Translations under genes and position numbers: made by a program | The notes under the pieces: model-generated | Told to the model about the DNA's origin: nothing | What the model saw: only the letters and a program-made list of their open reading frames with translations | Databases searched by the model: none | Assembly (NCBI GenBank): GCA_963822305.1 | Contig: CAWGHF010000026.1 | Location: 11,093-75,092, forward strand | Reading direction: 5' to 3' | Source of the DNA: an uncultured Actinomycetota bacterium | GTDB taxonomy: Bacteria > Actinomycetota > Actinomycetes > Mycobacteriales > Mycobacteriaceae | DNA: 64,000 nucleotides | Shown: piece after piece, positions 20,849 through 33,624 of the stretch | How positions within the stretch are numbered: the stretch's first letter is position 1 | How the letters are laid out: each line of letters begins with the position of its first letter

Positions 20849-21218
20849 CGCGTTGATTCCTTTGCTCGAGTGACTTTGGCGGGTCTCTCGAAGAATCACG
20901 CGATGACCTTCAATCATTGGGCTACGACACGCCGAGCGCTCTGATCAGGCCCGACTCGTACACCACTCTGCTGGACGCAACCGAGCTCACACGCGATCGC
21001 GCCGAGGTTCGTCGCGACCCCACTGGCAGACCTACGCTGCGGTGGCTAATGCGGTTCAAGCTCTGGCCTTGGTCGGCGTCCGATTGAGATCGTCCGCCCA
21101 CGCTTCGGCGACCTCTGGAGTTAGCCGACGTCCGGCCGTCGTGGCTTCGATCCGACGGTCTGGCGGCGAATTTCATCCGCAGACCACGCTGGGCGGAGGC
21201 TCTGCTTGAGTCGGGAGA

Positions 21219-21501
21219 AAAGTTAGCTGAGAGCTTGATACCCATCCCAGCACCGTCCCAGCAGCCACGATTTAACGCTGGTCCCCCGCGAACCTCCGCA
21301 ACACAACCGATAGTCTGCGAAGGTTCACTTCTCGGGCACGAGAACCATTGTGTCACAACCTGAATGCTCGATAGACCCGGCCCTCAACCAGGACAAACGC
21401 GGTATTGCTGAAAGCGACCGCAAATGGCCGGGATGGACTGTAAATCCGTCGGCTAACGCCTACACAGGTTCGAATCCTGTACCTGCCACTGCACCTGCCA
21501 C
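21219..21501 (+). repeat. att site A: conserved arm plus tRNA-Tyr 3' half (21435-21489) plus 12-bp relic TGCACCTGCCAC
   Basis: Homologous to 32542-32811 and 47306-47541. tRNA identity starts at GGA-CTGTAAA-TCC. Confidence 0.9.
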
Positions 21502-21681
21502 AGAGGTCAGGCCCGCGGTGGCGTTAGCTTGCATTCTGGCTTTTCACCAAACGTGCCCCGAAATTAATAGCGCATTCACCCGGCCGGCAGTACTACGTGG
21601 GCGTGAGCGCCGGTCGGCGAGATGACGGACTGGTGAAGCGAATTCGTGCCGTTCCCAGACCACGACGCCGAGACCCGCAGG

Positions 21682-22410
21682 TCATGATTCGGGGCTGAGG
21701 CTTGCGGTCAGGCCGGGCAGTAGGAGATCGAGGAAGCGGTCGAGTTCGGCGGCACCGTCGTAAGAGGCGAGGGCGGGTGCCAGTGCACGCAGTAGGGGGA
21801 ATTCGGTGATGGCGAACCTGTGCAGACCGAGTCGGAGTACGTGGTCGGTTTCGTCGGGTCGCTCGATGACCTCCTGCAGCTCGTTGAGGATGTGGCCATA
21901 CAGGTAACCGAACAGCAGCCGGTAGATGTGGAGGGCGTCCTGGCCGGTGAATCCAGCGGAGGTGAGCAAGGCGAGGACGTCTTCCAGTGGCCTCAGCATT
22001 CCCGGCGGTCGCTGCCCGAGTGGCGTGGCCAACGGTCGAGTGACCAGCAGCGGCACCACTTTGGGGTGTGTCAGGGCCAACTGGCGGAAGTTGTGCGCGA
22101 CGGTGCGCAGTTGGGCGGCCCAGTCCGGATCTGTCTTGTCCACCACGAGTTGCGCGAGCACGATCTCGACGACGCCGTCGAGCACTGCGGCCTTGTTGGG
22201 GACGTGGCGGTAGAGCATCACCGGGTCTCGGCTCAGCGCGTTGCTGAGGCGGCGCATGGACAATCCGTCCACACCGTCGCGGTCGACGATCGCCAGCGCA
22301 GTCTGCAGGATCACCGACCGGCTGAGCTGGTCGCTGTCTTGGCCGGCCACCGCCAGGGGTGAGTCACCGTCGTCGATAACCGCGTCGGGCCCGATCGGCT
22401 GTCTCGTCAT
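21682..22410 (-). CDS. TetR-family regulator (TetR_C type)
   Basis: HTH GVDGLSMRRLSNAL...LYRHVPNKAAVLDG plus TetR C-terminal domain. Confidence 0.92.
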   Translation of the reverse strand: MTRQPIGPDAVIDDGDSPLAVAGQDSDQLSRSVILQTALAIVDRDGVDGLSMRRLSNALSRDPVMLYRHVPNKAAVLDGVVEIVLAQLVVDKTDPDWAAQLRTVAHNFRQLALTHPKVVPLLVTRPLATPLGQRPPGMLRPLEDVLALLTSAGFTGQDALHIYRLLFGYLYGHILNELQEVIERPDETDHVLRLGLHRFAITEFPLLRALAPALASYDGAAELDRFLDLLLPGLTASLSPES

Positions 22411-22513
22411 GCCGCGGACTTCCCTTCTGTCTGCACTCCGGCTTCGTCAGCGGAGCTACCCTCAGAAATCATTAGTCAACGTCGTTGTCTACCTCTTAGG
22501 TCAACTAGAAATG

Positions 22514-22569
22514 TTAACACTGTTGACAGCAGGTGCGATGGGGCGTGTACTGGAGTCCTCGCACCAGAG
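22514..22569 (+). promoter_or_regulatory. Promoter with palindromic operator TTAACA-C-TGTTGA overlapping TTGACA
   Basis: Near-duplicate of 28874-28930 with identical spacing; lies in the tetR divergent region. Confidence 0.6.
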
Positions 22570-22878
22570 TCAGACGTCGCGATGATCGTCACCGTTGGTT
22601 TGGTTGTTCTCGCCGCCGTGATGGTCGGGTCACCGGCGTCGATCAGTTCAAGGGCAACACTAAACAGACGGGCGACTTGGTAAAAGACGCCGTCAAACAT
22701 TGACCGGCTGGCCCGGATAACGCTGACCGCGACGACCGGTCTAGAGTCCGAGGTTGACGCGGCCACGCAGTCAACGTAGGGAGCGCCCACTCCCCGGAGC
22801 TGTGGGCCCCGGATGAACGACCGTCCATGTCGCCGACGCGTCCGTCCGTATGCGTCAAGTTCAACGATCTGGAGAACC

Positions 22879-24537
22879 ATGTCCACCAACGTATTTGACC
22901 TACCCACCGATCAGGACGCGAAGTCATCCGGCTGGTTCACAGCCTTGACGCCGTTGGCTTTTCTCGAGCGTTCGCTCGAAGTGTTCGCCGACAAGACCGC
23001 GATCGCGTACGGCGAACGCCGGTTGACCTATAGCGAGTTCGGTTCAGCGGCAACCCGTCTGGCGAATGCACTTCGCGCTTCTGGCATTGAGCAAGGTGAT
23101 CGGGTGGCGTACCTGTGCCCGAACATCCCGGAAATGTTGGTGGCCAACTTTGGGGTGCCACTGGCCGGTGCGGTGATGGTGCCCATCAACACCAGGCTCT
23201 CCGCGGAGGAAGTCCGCTTCATCTGCGATCACTCCGGCGCGAAGCTACTAGTCGCCGACACGGAGTACCTGCCGGCGCTGGCTCCGGTGCTGCGAAGCCT
23301 GCAAACCGTTCTGGAGGTGGTCGCGCTCAACGACCCGCTTGGACCCGCCTCGCCCGCGGCCGCCGAGCACGCGGACATCTCCTACGACGAACTGATCGCG
23401 CGGGGTACGGGTGACCCACTGCCGTGGACGGTCGACGACGAGTTGGGGCTGATCGCGATCAACTACAGCTCTGGCACGACCGGCCAACCCAAGGGGGCGA
23501 TGTACACCCATCGCGGCGCCTACCTGAACGCGATGGGCGAGATCATCCACCAGCGCTTCGACCCCGAGAGTGTCTATCTGTGGACGCTGCCGATGTTCCA
23601 CTGCAGCGGTTGGTGCACGCCGTGGGCGGTGACAGGGATCGGTGCGACACACGTCTGTCTGCGGGCGGTGCGTGCGGACGTGATCTGGCGGCTGCTCGAC
23701 GAGGAGCGGGTGACCCATCTAGACGGTGCGCCCACGGTGCTGGTGACGATCGCCGAGGCCCCGCAGGCGCACCCGCTCGAGCGCGAACTGGTGGCGACAG
23801 TGGCCGGCGCCGCGCCGGGTCCGACGGTGATCGCGCGGATGCGTGAACTCGGCGCCCGGATTGTGCACGTGTACGGGATGACCGAGGTGTACGGCCCTTA
23901 CACCCTCAACGAGTGGCAGCCCGGCTGGTCGGCCATGTCGCCAGCAGATCAGGCGCGCCGGCAGGCGCGACAGGGCGTCGCGATGATCCAGTCCGATCCA
24001 GTGCGGGTGGTCGACGAGCAGATGAACGATGTTCCGCGCGACGGTCAGACCATGGGCGAGATCGTGATGCGTGGCAACAATGTGATGGCCGGCTACTACC
24101 GCGACGAGGCAGCCACCAAGACCGCTTTCGAGGGCGGGTGGTTGCACTCCGGGGACCTCGGAGTCCAACACTCGGATGGGTATGTCGAGCTGCGTGACCG
24201 CGCCAAGGACATCGTCATCTCCGGTGGCGAGAACATCTCCACGGTCGAGATCGAGCACGCGATCGAGTCCCATCCCGCGGTGTTCGAGGTCGCCGTGATC
24301 GGCGTACCGGACCCGAAGTGGGGAGAGCGGCCGAAGGCCTTCGTGGTACGCAGGCCCGATGTAGACGTGACCGAGGAAGATCTGATCGCCTACCTGCAGA
24401 AGCACATTGCCCGCTTCAAGGTGCCCAAGGCGATCGAGTTCGTCGAGTCACTACCGCGTACGTCGACCGGAAAGCTGCAGAAGTTCGCCCTGCGCGACAA
24501 GGAATGGGCCGGACACAGCAGCCGGATCCAGGGCTGA
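22879..24537 (+). CDS. Acyl-CoA synthetase (AMP-binding)
   Basis: YSSGTTGQPKG, YGMTE, GWLHSGD, DRAKDIVISGGENIS, PRTSTGK. Confidence 0.92.
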   Translation: MSTNVFDLPTDQDAKSSGWFTALTPLAFLERSLEVFADKTAIAYGERRLTYSEFGSAATRLANALRASGIEQGDRVAYLCPNIPEMLVANFGVPLAGAVMVPINTRLSAEEVRFICDHSGAKLLVADTEYLPALAPVLRSLQTVLEVVALNDPLGPASPAAAEHADISYDELIARGTGDPLPWTVDDELGLIAINYSSGTTGQPKGAMYTHRGAYLNAMGEIIHQRFDPESVYLWTLPMFHCSGWCTPWAVTGIGATHVCLRAVRADVIWRLLDEERVTHLDGAPTVLVTIAEAPQAHPLERELVATVAGAAPGPTVIARMRELGARIVHVYGMTEVYGPYTLNEWQPGWSAMSPADQARRQARQGVAMIQSDPVRVVDEQMNDVPRDGQTMGEIVMRGNNVMAGYYRDEAATKTAFEGGWLHSGDLGVQHSDGYVELRDRAKDIVISGGENISTVEIEHAIESHPAVFEVAVIGVPDPKWGERPKAFVVRRPDVDVTEEDLIAYLQKHIARFKVPKAIEFVESLPRTSTGKLQKFALRDKEWAGHSSRIQG

Positions 24538-24590
24538 GCGGGACGCCAACCACGCATGTCAGGCAAGGCAATGAACGAGGAGGACCAATA

Positions 24591-25295
24591 ATGAGTCTGC
24601 TTGAGAAAGATCTTGAGAAACATTCGGTGCACGATGCCGACCACGCCACCGGGATCGTTCCGGACATCAACGACCCCACCGCCGGGCAGGTTGCCATCTC
24701 CCGCGAGTTGGCGTCTGAACAGGTGCGGATGATCGCGGACCCGGCGCCGCTCGGCCTTGGCGCGTTCGCGCTCACCACCTTCCTGCTCAGCCTGGTCAAC
24801 GCCGGGGTCATGGACGCCAAGACTGAGCCGGTCGTGCTCGGCGTCGCACTGGCCTATGGCGGGATTGCGCAGATACTCGCCGGAATGTGGGAGTTCCGCA
24901 AGGGCAACGTCTTCGGCGCGACGGCCTTCACGTCCTACGGCGCCTTTTGGCTGTCGTTCTGGGCCTATATCGCCTTCTACGCGAAGGAGGTACCGGCCGC
25001 GAGCCACGGGCAGGCAGCCGGTTGGTTCCTGATGGCCTGGGCGATCTTTACCACCCTCATGGTGATAGCCGCACTACGCACGACCGCGGTTCTTGCCGTC
25101 CTGTTCGCAATTCTGAACGTGGCGTTCTACCTGCTCAGCATTGGAGCCTTGGCGTCCAACCCCGATCTGACGAAGCTGGGGGGAATCGTGGGCCTCGTCG
25201 CCGCAGCCGTGGCGTGGTACCTGTGCCTGGCCGGGGTGATGGCGTCGACGTTCGGCAGGGCGATTCTGCCCAACCGACCATTATTTCGCGGGTGA
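24591..25295 (+). CDS. satP: SatP/GPR1/FUN34/YaaH-family acetate channel
   Basis: DPAPLGLGAF signature, YGG-x-AQ, FTSYGAFW, six TM helices. Confidence 0.85.
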   Translation: MSLLEKDLEKHSVHDADHATGIVPDINDPTAGQVAISRELASEQVRMIADPAPLGLGAFALTTFLLSLVNAGVMDAKTEPVVLGVALAYGGIAQILAGMWEFRKGNVFGATAFTSYGAFWLSFWAYIAFYAKEVPAASHGQAAGWFLMAWAIFTTLMVIAALRTTAVLAVLFAILNVAFYLLSIGALASNPDLTKLGGIVGLVAAAVAWYLCLAGVMASTFGRAILPNRPLFRG

Positions 25296-25370
25296 GCATC
25301 GAACACCGACAAGTGACAGATTCGCACCCATTCCCACGCACCTGATCGAACCTGAAAGCAGGACCCAAGC

Positions 25371-26645
25371 ATGAACGCGCCGACCCTTCCGGTGACCGGG
25401 AAAGTTGCCGATCTTGATTCCGGGGATACCGAGAATGAGTTCCCAAACGGTGATGATCTTGCGATTTCCCGGGGTACCGATTTCTACAGTTTGGATGAAC
25501 TGTTGACCGACCGGGAACGCGAGATGCGTGATCGGGTCCGGCAGTGGTGCGACACGGAGGTGGCACCGGCCGCTGCCGGTTATTGGGAACGGGCAGAGTT
25601 CCCGGTCGAACTGGCCAAAGGCTATGGGCGGCTCGGCATTGCCGGCGCCTCGATCGTCGGGAACGGTTGCCCCGGGGTGTCGTTTCTCGCCGAAGGTGTG
25701 ATCGCGGCCGAACTGGCCCGCGGCGACGGCAGCATCGCCACCCTGAACGCCGTACATTCAGGGCTCGCGATGACGACCATCGCGATGCTCGGCTCTGACG
25801 AGCAGCAGGCCCAATATTTGCCTCGGATGGCGACCTGTGAAACCCTCGGCGCCTTTGCCCTGACCGAACCCAATCACGGCTCTGACGTGGTTGCGCTGGA
25901 AACCCGGGCGCGGCGCCAGGGCGACGAGTGGGTGCTGGATGGGCAGAAGCGGTGGATCGGCAACGGCACCATCGCCGACGTGGTGGTGGTCTGGGCCCGG
26001 GACGACGACGGTCAGGTCGGTGCTTTCGTTGTGGAACACCCGGACGGCGCGGAGCACCCGATCCCCGGGTATCACGCCAGGAAGATCGTCGGTAAGGCAG
26101 CGAACCGTGGCGTGTGGCAGGCCCAGATCCGCCTGGACGGGGTGCGGGTGCCCGCCGGTGCCCGTCTGACAAAGGCCCAGACCTGGGACGACACCAACTA
26201 TGTGCTGGCCAAGTCGCGGCAGACCGTCGCCTGGGAAGCCCTGGGCCACGCGGTCGCGGCCTATGAGGCAGCACTCACATATTCGCTGCGACGCGAGCAG
26301 TTCGGCCGCCCACTGGCCCGGTTCCAGCTGATCCAGGACAAGCTCGCGCACATGCTCAGCGACATCACCGGCATGCAATTGATGTGCACTCGGATGTCGC
26401 AGTTACAGGCCCGCGGGCTGGTGTCGATCGAACACGCCGCGCTGGCCAAGCTGAACACCGGTGACGGAGCCCGTCGGGTCTGCGCGATGGCTCGAGACAT
26501 CCTGGGCGGCAACGGGATCCTGCTCGATCACCACGTCGCCCGGCACCACGCCGACATCGAAGCCGTTTACACCTACGAGGGCACCGACTCCATTCAGTCA
26601 CTGATCGTCGGACGCGCCATCACCGGCCTCAACGCGTTCCGATGA
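25371..26645 (+). CDS. Acyl-CoA dehydrogenase (glutaryl-CoA dehydrogenase-like)
   Basis: AFALTEPNHGSD, GQKRWIGN, RxQFGRPL, ILGGNGI, YTYEGT. Confidence 0.9.
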   Translation: MNAPTLPVTGKVADLDSGDTENEFPNGDDLAISRGTDFYSLDELLTDREREMRDRVRQWCDTEVAPAAAGYWERAEFPVELAKGYGRLGIAGASIVGNGCPGVSFLAEGVIAAELARGDGSIATLNAVHSGLAMTTIAMLGSDEQQAQYLPRMATCETLGAFALTEPNHGSDVVALETRARRQGDEWVLDGQKRWIGNGTIADVVVVWARDDDGQVGAFVVEHPDGAEHPIPGYHARKIVGKAANRGVWQAQIRLDGVRVPAGARLTKAQTWDDTNYVLAKSRQTVAWEALGHAVAAYEAALTYSLRREQFGRPLARFQLIQDKLAHMLSDITGMQLMCTRMSQLQARGLVSIEHAALAKLNTGDGARRVCAMARDILGGNGILLDHHVARHHADIEAVYTYEGTDSIQSLIVGRAITGLNAFR

Positions 26646-26712
26646 GCGCCACCCATGCACCCGACCGGGCCCGTAAAGGCAATCGTCGTCCAATCACAGA
26701 GGAGCTCACAGC

Positions 26713-28678
<1,966 letters not shown>

Positions 28679-28873
28679 CGGCGCAGCCGGCCCTCGGGCC
28701 CCGATCGGCACGGGGCCGGAGCCGGGGCCGCGCACGAACGAACGAATGTAACCGGGACGAGGCCGAACGTCAGCTCTCGTCATTGCCGCAGTGCTTCCTG
28801 CCTGCGGCTATCCGAGTTGTTATTGGCGCGGCACTGTACTTAGAAATTCAGCATTATCAGTCCACATCGTAAT

Positions 28874-28930
28874 TCAACACTGTTGACAACGCCGCAAATT
28901 GGGCGTGTACTGGAGATCTGAGCACCAGGA
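28874..28930 (+). promoter_or_regulatory. Promoter with perfect operator TCAACA-C-TGTTGA upstream of the aldehyde dehydrogenase
   Basis: Perfect palindrome overlapping TTGACA; shares GGGCGTGTACTGGAG and GCACCAG with 22514-22569. Confidence 0.65.
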
Positions 28931-28994
28931 GAACCCCTGTGGCCATGTTGAATGATTACCGACACATTTATTTTGTCGTTTAAGGAAAACCGCT

Positions 28995-30518
<1,524 letters not shown>

Positions 30519-30577
30519 GCCCAAGGACAACCCAACATGCCGTTCCCTCAACCACATTCACGACTAGGAAAGAAGCC

Positions 30578-31648
30578 ATGACCCAAACCCTTGATTCGAC
30601 CACCACACTGGACACCTCGACCGAGACCATGCGCGCGGCGGTGGTCACCAAATTCGGCGCCCCGCTGGAGATCTCCGATCTCGACCTGCCCACACCCGGC
30701 TTCGGTGAGGCCTTGGTGAAGGTGGAGACCTCCGGTGTCTGCCATACCGATCTTCACGCGGCGCAAGGTGATTGGCCGGTAAAGCCGCAGCCACCGTTCG
30801 TCCCGGGCCACGAGGGCTACGGCACCGTCGTCGCACTCGGCGCCGGGGTGGACGACCTCAAGGTCGGCGACAAGGTCGGCAACGCCTGGCTGTGGTCGGC
30901 GTGCGGCAAATGCGAATACTGCCGCACCGGCTGGGAGACGTTGTGCGAGAGCCAGCAGAACGGCGGCTACAGCGTCAACGGCAGCTTCGGCACCTACATG
31001 CTGGTCAACGCCGCTTATGCCCCACGAATCCCGGACGGCGTCGACCCGCTGGAAATCGCGCCCATCCTGTGCGCGGGCGTAACGGTCTACAAGGGCCTCA
31101 AGGTGACCGACACCCGGCCCGGACAGTGGGTGGCGATCTCCGGTATCGGCGGCCTCGGCCACATCGCCGTGCAGTACGCGCGGGCGATGGGGCTGCGGGT
31201 GGTCGCCATCGACGTCGATGACTCCAAGCTCGCCCTGGCCACCCGGCTGGGTGCGGAGGTCGTCGTGAACGCCCGCACCTCCGACGTGGTCGCCGAGGTG
31301 CAGAAGGCCACCGGCGGCGTGCACGGTGTGCTGGTCACCGCCGTCCATCCGCAGGCGTTCGGGCAGGCCATCGGCCTGACCCGGCGCGGCGGCACCATCG
31401 TCTTCAACGGCCTGCCGCCGGGCGACTTCCCGGCACCGATCTTCGACATCGTGCTCAAGGGTCTGACGATCCGCGGCTCGATCGTCGGCACCCGTCAGGA
31501 CATGGCCGAAGCGCTGGACTTCTACGCCCGGGGTCTGATCCATCCGTCGGTGGCCAGCGCGGGACTCGACGAGATCAACGACGTGTTCGAACGAATGGAA
31601 CGCGGCCAGATCGACGGCCGCATCGTCATCGACTACCGGAAGGGCTGA
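30578..31648 (+). CDS. adhP: Zinc alcohol dehydrogenase (AdhP type)
   Basis: GVCHTD, PGHEG, structural Zn site CGKCEYC...C, GIGGLG. Confidence 0.9.
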   Translation: MTQTLDSTTTLDTSTETMRAAVVTKFGAPLEISDLDLPTPGFGEALVKVETSGVCHTDLHAAQGDWPVKPQPPFVPGHEGYGTVVALGAGVDDLKVGDKVGNAWLWSACGKCEYCRTGWETLCESQQNGGYSVNGSFGTYMLVNAAYAPRIPDGVDPLEIAPILCAGVTVYKGLKVTDTRPGQWVAISGIGGLGHIAVQYARAMGLRVVAIDVDDSKLALATRLGAEVVVNARTSDVVAEVQKATGGVHGVLVTAVHPQAFGQAIGLTRRGGTIVFNGLPPGDFPAPIFDIVLKGLTIRGSIVGTRQDMAEALDFYARGLIHPSVASAGLDEINDVFERMERGQIDGRIVIDYRKG

Positions 31649-31685
31649 CGGCACGGGGTTGATCCACGGGCCACTGAGCAACCAC

Positions 31686-31724
31686 ACGCAGGGGTGGCGA
31701 TCGTCAAGATCGTCACCCCTGCGT
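31686..31724 (+). terminator. Stem-loop after adhP
   Basis: ACGCAGGGGTGGCGATC-GTCAA-GATCGTCACCCCTGCGT inverted repeat. Confidence 0.7.
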
Positions 31725-32541
31725 CGTGTCAGGCTGTACTGCGGAGGCGGCCCGCTGGCGATTGACTTCTGTCGTGCCGGGCTACCGGGTATTTCGATTA
31801 CCGATTCCGTTCGCTCGCTTGGATTTCCGTGACAGCCTCCTGAATCTCCGCGACCCGGGTGGAATCGATGCACCACAGCTCCTCGACTCCGACGCGTTGG
31901 TCGAGATCCCACAGCACGCATTCCTCGCTGGGCCGTGACACCAGTGACCACGCGATCACCGTCCGGCGGAGTTGCTCGTCCATGGGATCGGTGACACCGG
32001 CGGCGCCGGGTAGTGCGCCGCCTGTTGACGCGCACCAGTGCGGCGCCGATGGCGATGTCGAGGAGCCGGGCGGTGCGGGGGGCGCCGATCCCGGCGGTGA
32101 ACTCGTGTTGCACGTGCTCGAGGGTGACGCCGTCGGCAAGAAGGCGATATAGCGGTGTGCCCGAGCTCTTCGCTCACAAGCACGCAACCCACCGCTCCGG
32201 TCGCCGTCCCGTCGCGGTCACACGAAGCCTGCCGGACCACCCACGCGCACGGGCCGAGCGAGCGCACGCCCCCCTGCCGGAGACGGGTGCCGCGGAAAAC
32301 CTGGATCTGACCGAGGTGCTATCGAGACCGCGGCTGGACGATGCGGCGCGCCCACGACAGCAGGGCACGCTTGCACGAAAACCGGCAGAGAGGGCAGCAA
32401 ATCTCGAAGACCTTGCGTCCGGGCACATCGCAGAACCGCGAGTGAGAGCCTTAAGCCCGGGTCGGTTTGGTTTCCGGTGACGGGATCGTCCCAGCGGCGC
32501 GTCCCTTAGAGGACTACACGTTGGCACCGGGTGGAGCAGCG

Positions 32542-32811
32542 AAGTTAGCTGCTGCGGCAAGTCTCATCCCAGCGCCATCCCAGCACCGAGGGCTTAACGC
32601 TGGTTACCCGCAAACCTACGGAAGTCAACCGATAGTCTGCACTGGTCGTCATCTTCGCCTGAGAAGCGTTGCGGCACAACGCCAATTTGGACTAGCCCAA
32701 GCTCTCTACCAGCGTCAACGCGGGTTAGCTGAAACCGACCGCAAACGCTCGGGATGGACTGTAAATCCGTCGGCTTACGCCTACGCAGGTTCGAATCCTG
32801 CACCTGCCACC
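32542..32811 (+). repeat. att site B: conserved arm plus tRNA-Tyr 3' half (32756-32811)
   Basis: 3' half identical to the intact tRNA, followed by CAGGTCAGA. Confidence 0.9.
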
Positions 32812-33015
32812 CAGGTCAGACGTGGTATATAACCACGCTATCTCTTGCGGATCAGGGCTAACGGGCGTCGTCCCAGCGCTTGGCGCAATCACTTGCGTTG
32901 GCGGTGTTTGCTGTCCTGTTGGGCGGCGATCACGGCATGATCCACTGTGCTCGAGGTCGCCGACGCGGTCGGGTCCGAACGTAACCGGCGTTCCGGCGCC
33001 CACCGCACGTCATCG

Positions 33016-33585
33016 CTACCGTTCGTATCGCCGTGGGAACAGCCGCCGAGTGGTCGTGGCTGCGGCAAGGATCGTGAAGGCCAGCACTGCCGTGGTAGTG
33101 CGTAACAGGTGAGCCATCTGCCAGCGGTCGCGCACGCGGGCCCAGTCGCTGGGCGGTGCGAGGACAGACCAGCCTTGTTGGTCCGTGTTAATGGGAACGC
33201 TGACCAGCAAGCTGATGATGAACGTTACGAGGAGCAGGACGAGTGCGGTCAGGGCCAGCCAGCGGGTGCGCCCCGGCCGTGCGATCGTGACGACGACAAG
33301 GGTCGCGGTGGCGAGCAGCGCCGCCGGCAGCAAGACAGTGGCGAGGTCATCGAGGTGCGCCAGCTCTACTTGCCGGACCTGGGTGTAGACCGATGCCGGA
33401 AATCGTCGAAGGCTGGCTTCGAGGATCAGGACCGCGAGAAGGAATCCGGCGAACAGGCCGCTGCATAACAACCCGGCGAAGATTGTCATTCGCCGGATGG
33501 TTTCGGATGTCCGCCGCGACGGCGGGTTGCCTGTGCTCCTTGAGGATTCGGCACGCGCAGAGTGGATTTCGGGTGGTGTGGTCAT
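33016..33585 (-). CDS. DUF1772 / anthrone oxygenase-family membrane protein
   Basis: Four TM helices, VPIN motif, WARVRDRWQMAHLLRT. The true start may be ~33489. Confidence 0.75.
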   Translation of the reverse strand: MTTPPEIHSARAESSRSTGNPPSRRTSETIRRMTIFAGLLCSGLFAGFLLAVLILEASLRRFPASVYTQVRQVELAHLDDLATVLLPAALLATATLVVVTIARPGRTRWLALTALVLLLVTFIISLLVSVPINTDQQGWSVLAPPSDWARVRDRWQMAHLLRTTTAVLAFTILAAATTTRRLFPRRYER

Positions 33586-33624
33586 CGCATCTCTCTTGGG
33601 GTGGGGTCGGGGCGCCTGCTGGGT

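Larger units (their letters stand above)
16436..20982 (-). mobile_element. IS256-family element (IS1081-like), interrupted by a 3.1-kb IS110 insertion
   Basis: 8-bp target duplication GAGCTCAC at 16428-16435 and 20983-20990; imperfect terminal inverted repeats. Removing the insert restores a ~1427-bp element with a 411-aa transposase. Confidence 0.9.
8878..21489. mobile_element. tRNA-Tyr genomic island 1 (~12.6 kb)
   Basis: Bounded by the intact tRNA and the tRNA 3'-half repeat at 21435-21489. Contains an integrase remnant next to the tRNA. Confidence 0.8.

Noticed and set aside
21435-21489. Extra tRNA-Tyr genes at 21435, 32756 and 47486
   Set aside because: All lack the 5' acceptor strand and D-arm and have no CCA; they are att-site duplications.
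22583-22684. Short hydrophobic ORF MIVTVGLVVLAAVMVGS downstream of the duplicated promoter
   Set aside because: 33 codons; probably the stub of a membrane-protein gene, with too little evidence to call.
28697-28717. GC hairpin after acs as a terminator
   Set aside because: Short 7-bp stem in very GC-rich DNA with no U-tract; not distinguishable from background.
32467-32832. ORFs running through the att arms (also 21350-21625, 8676-8882) with similar peptides such as GWTVNPSA
   Set aside because: Similarity follows from the DNA repeat and tRNA sequence; frames are not conserved between copies.
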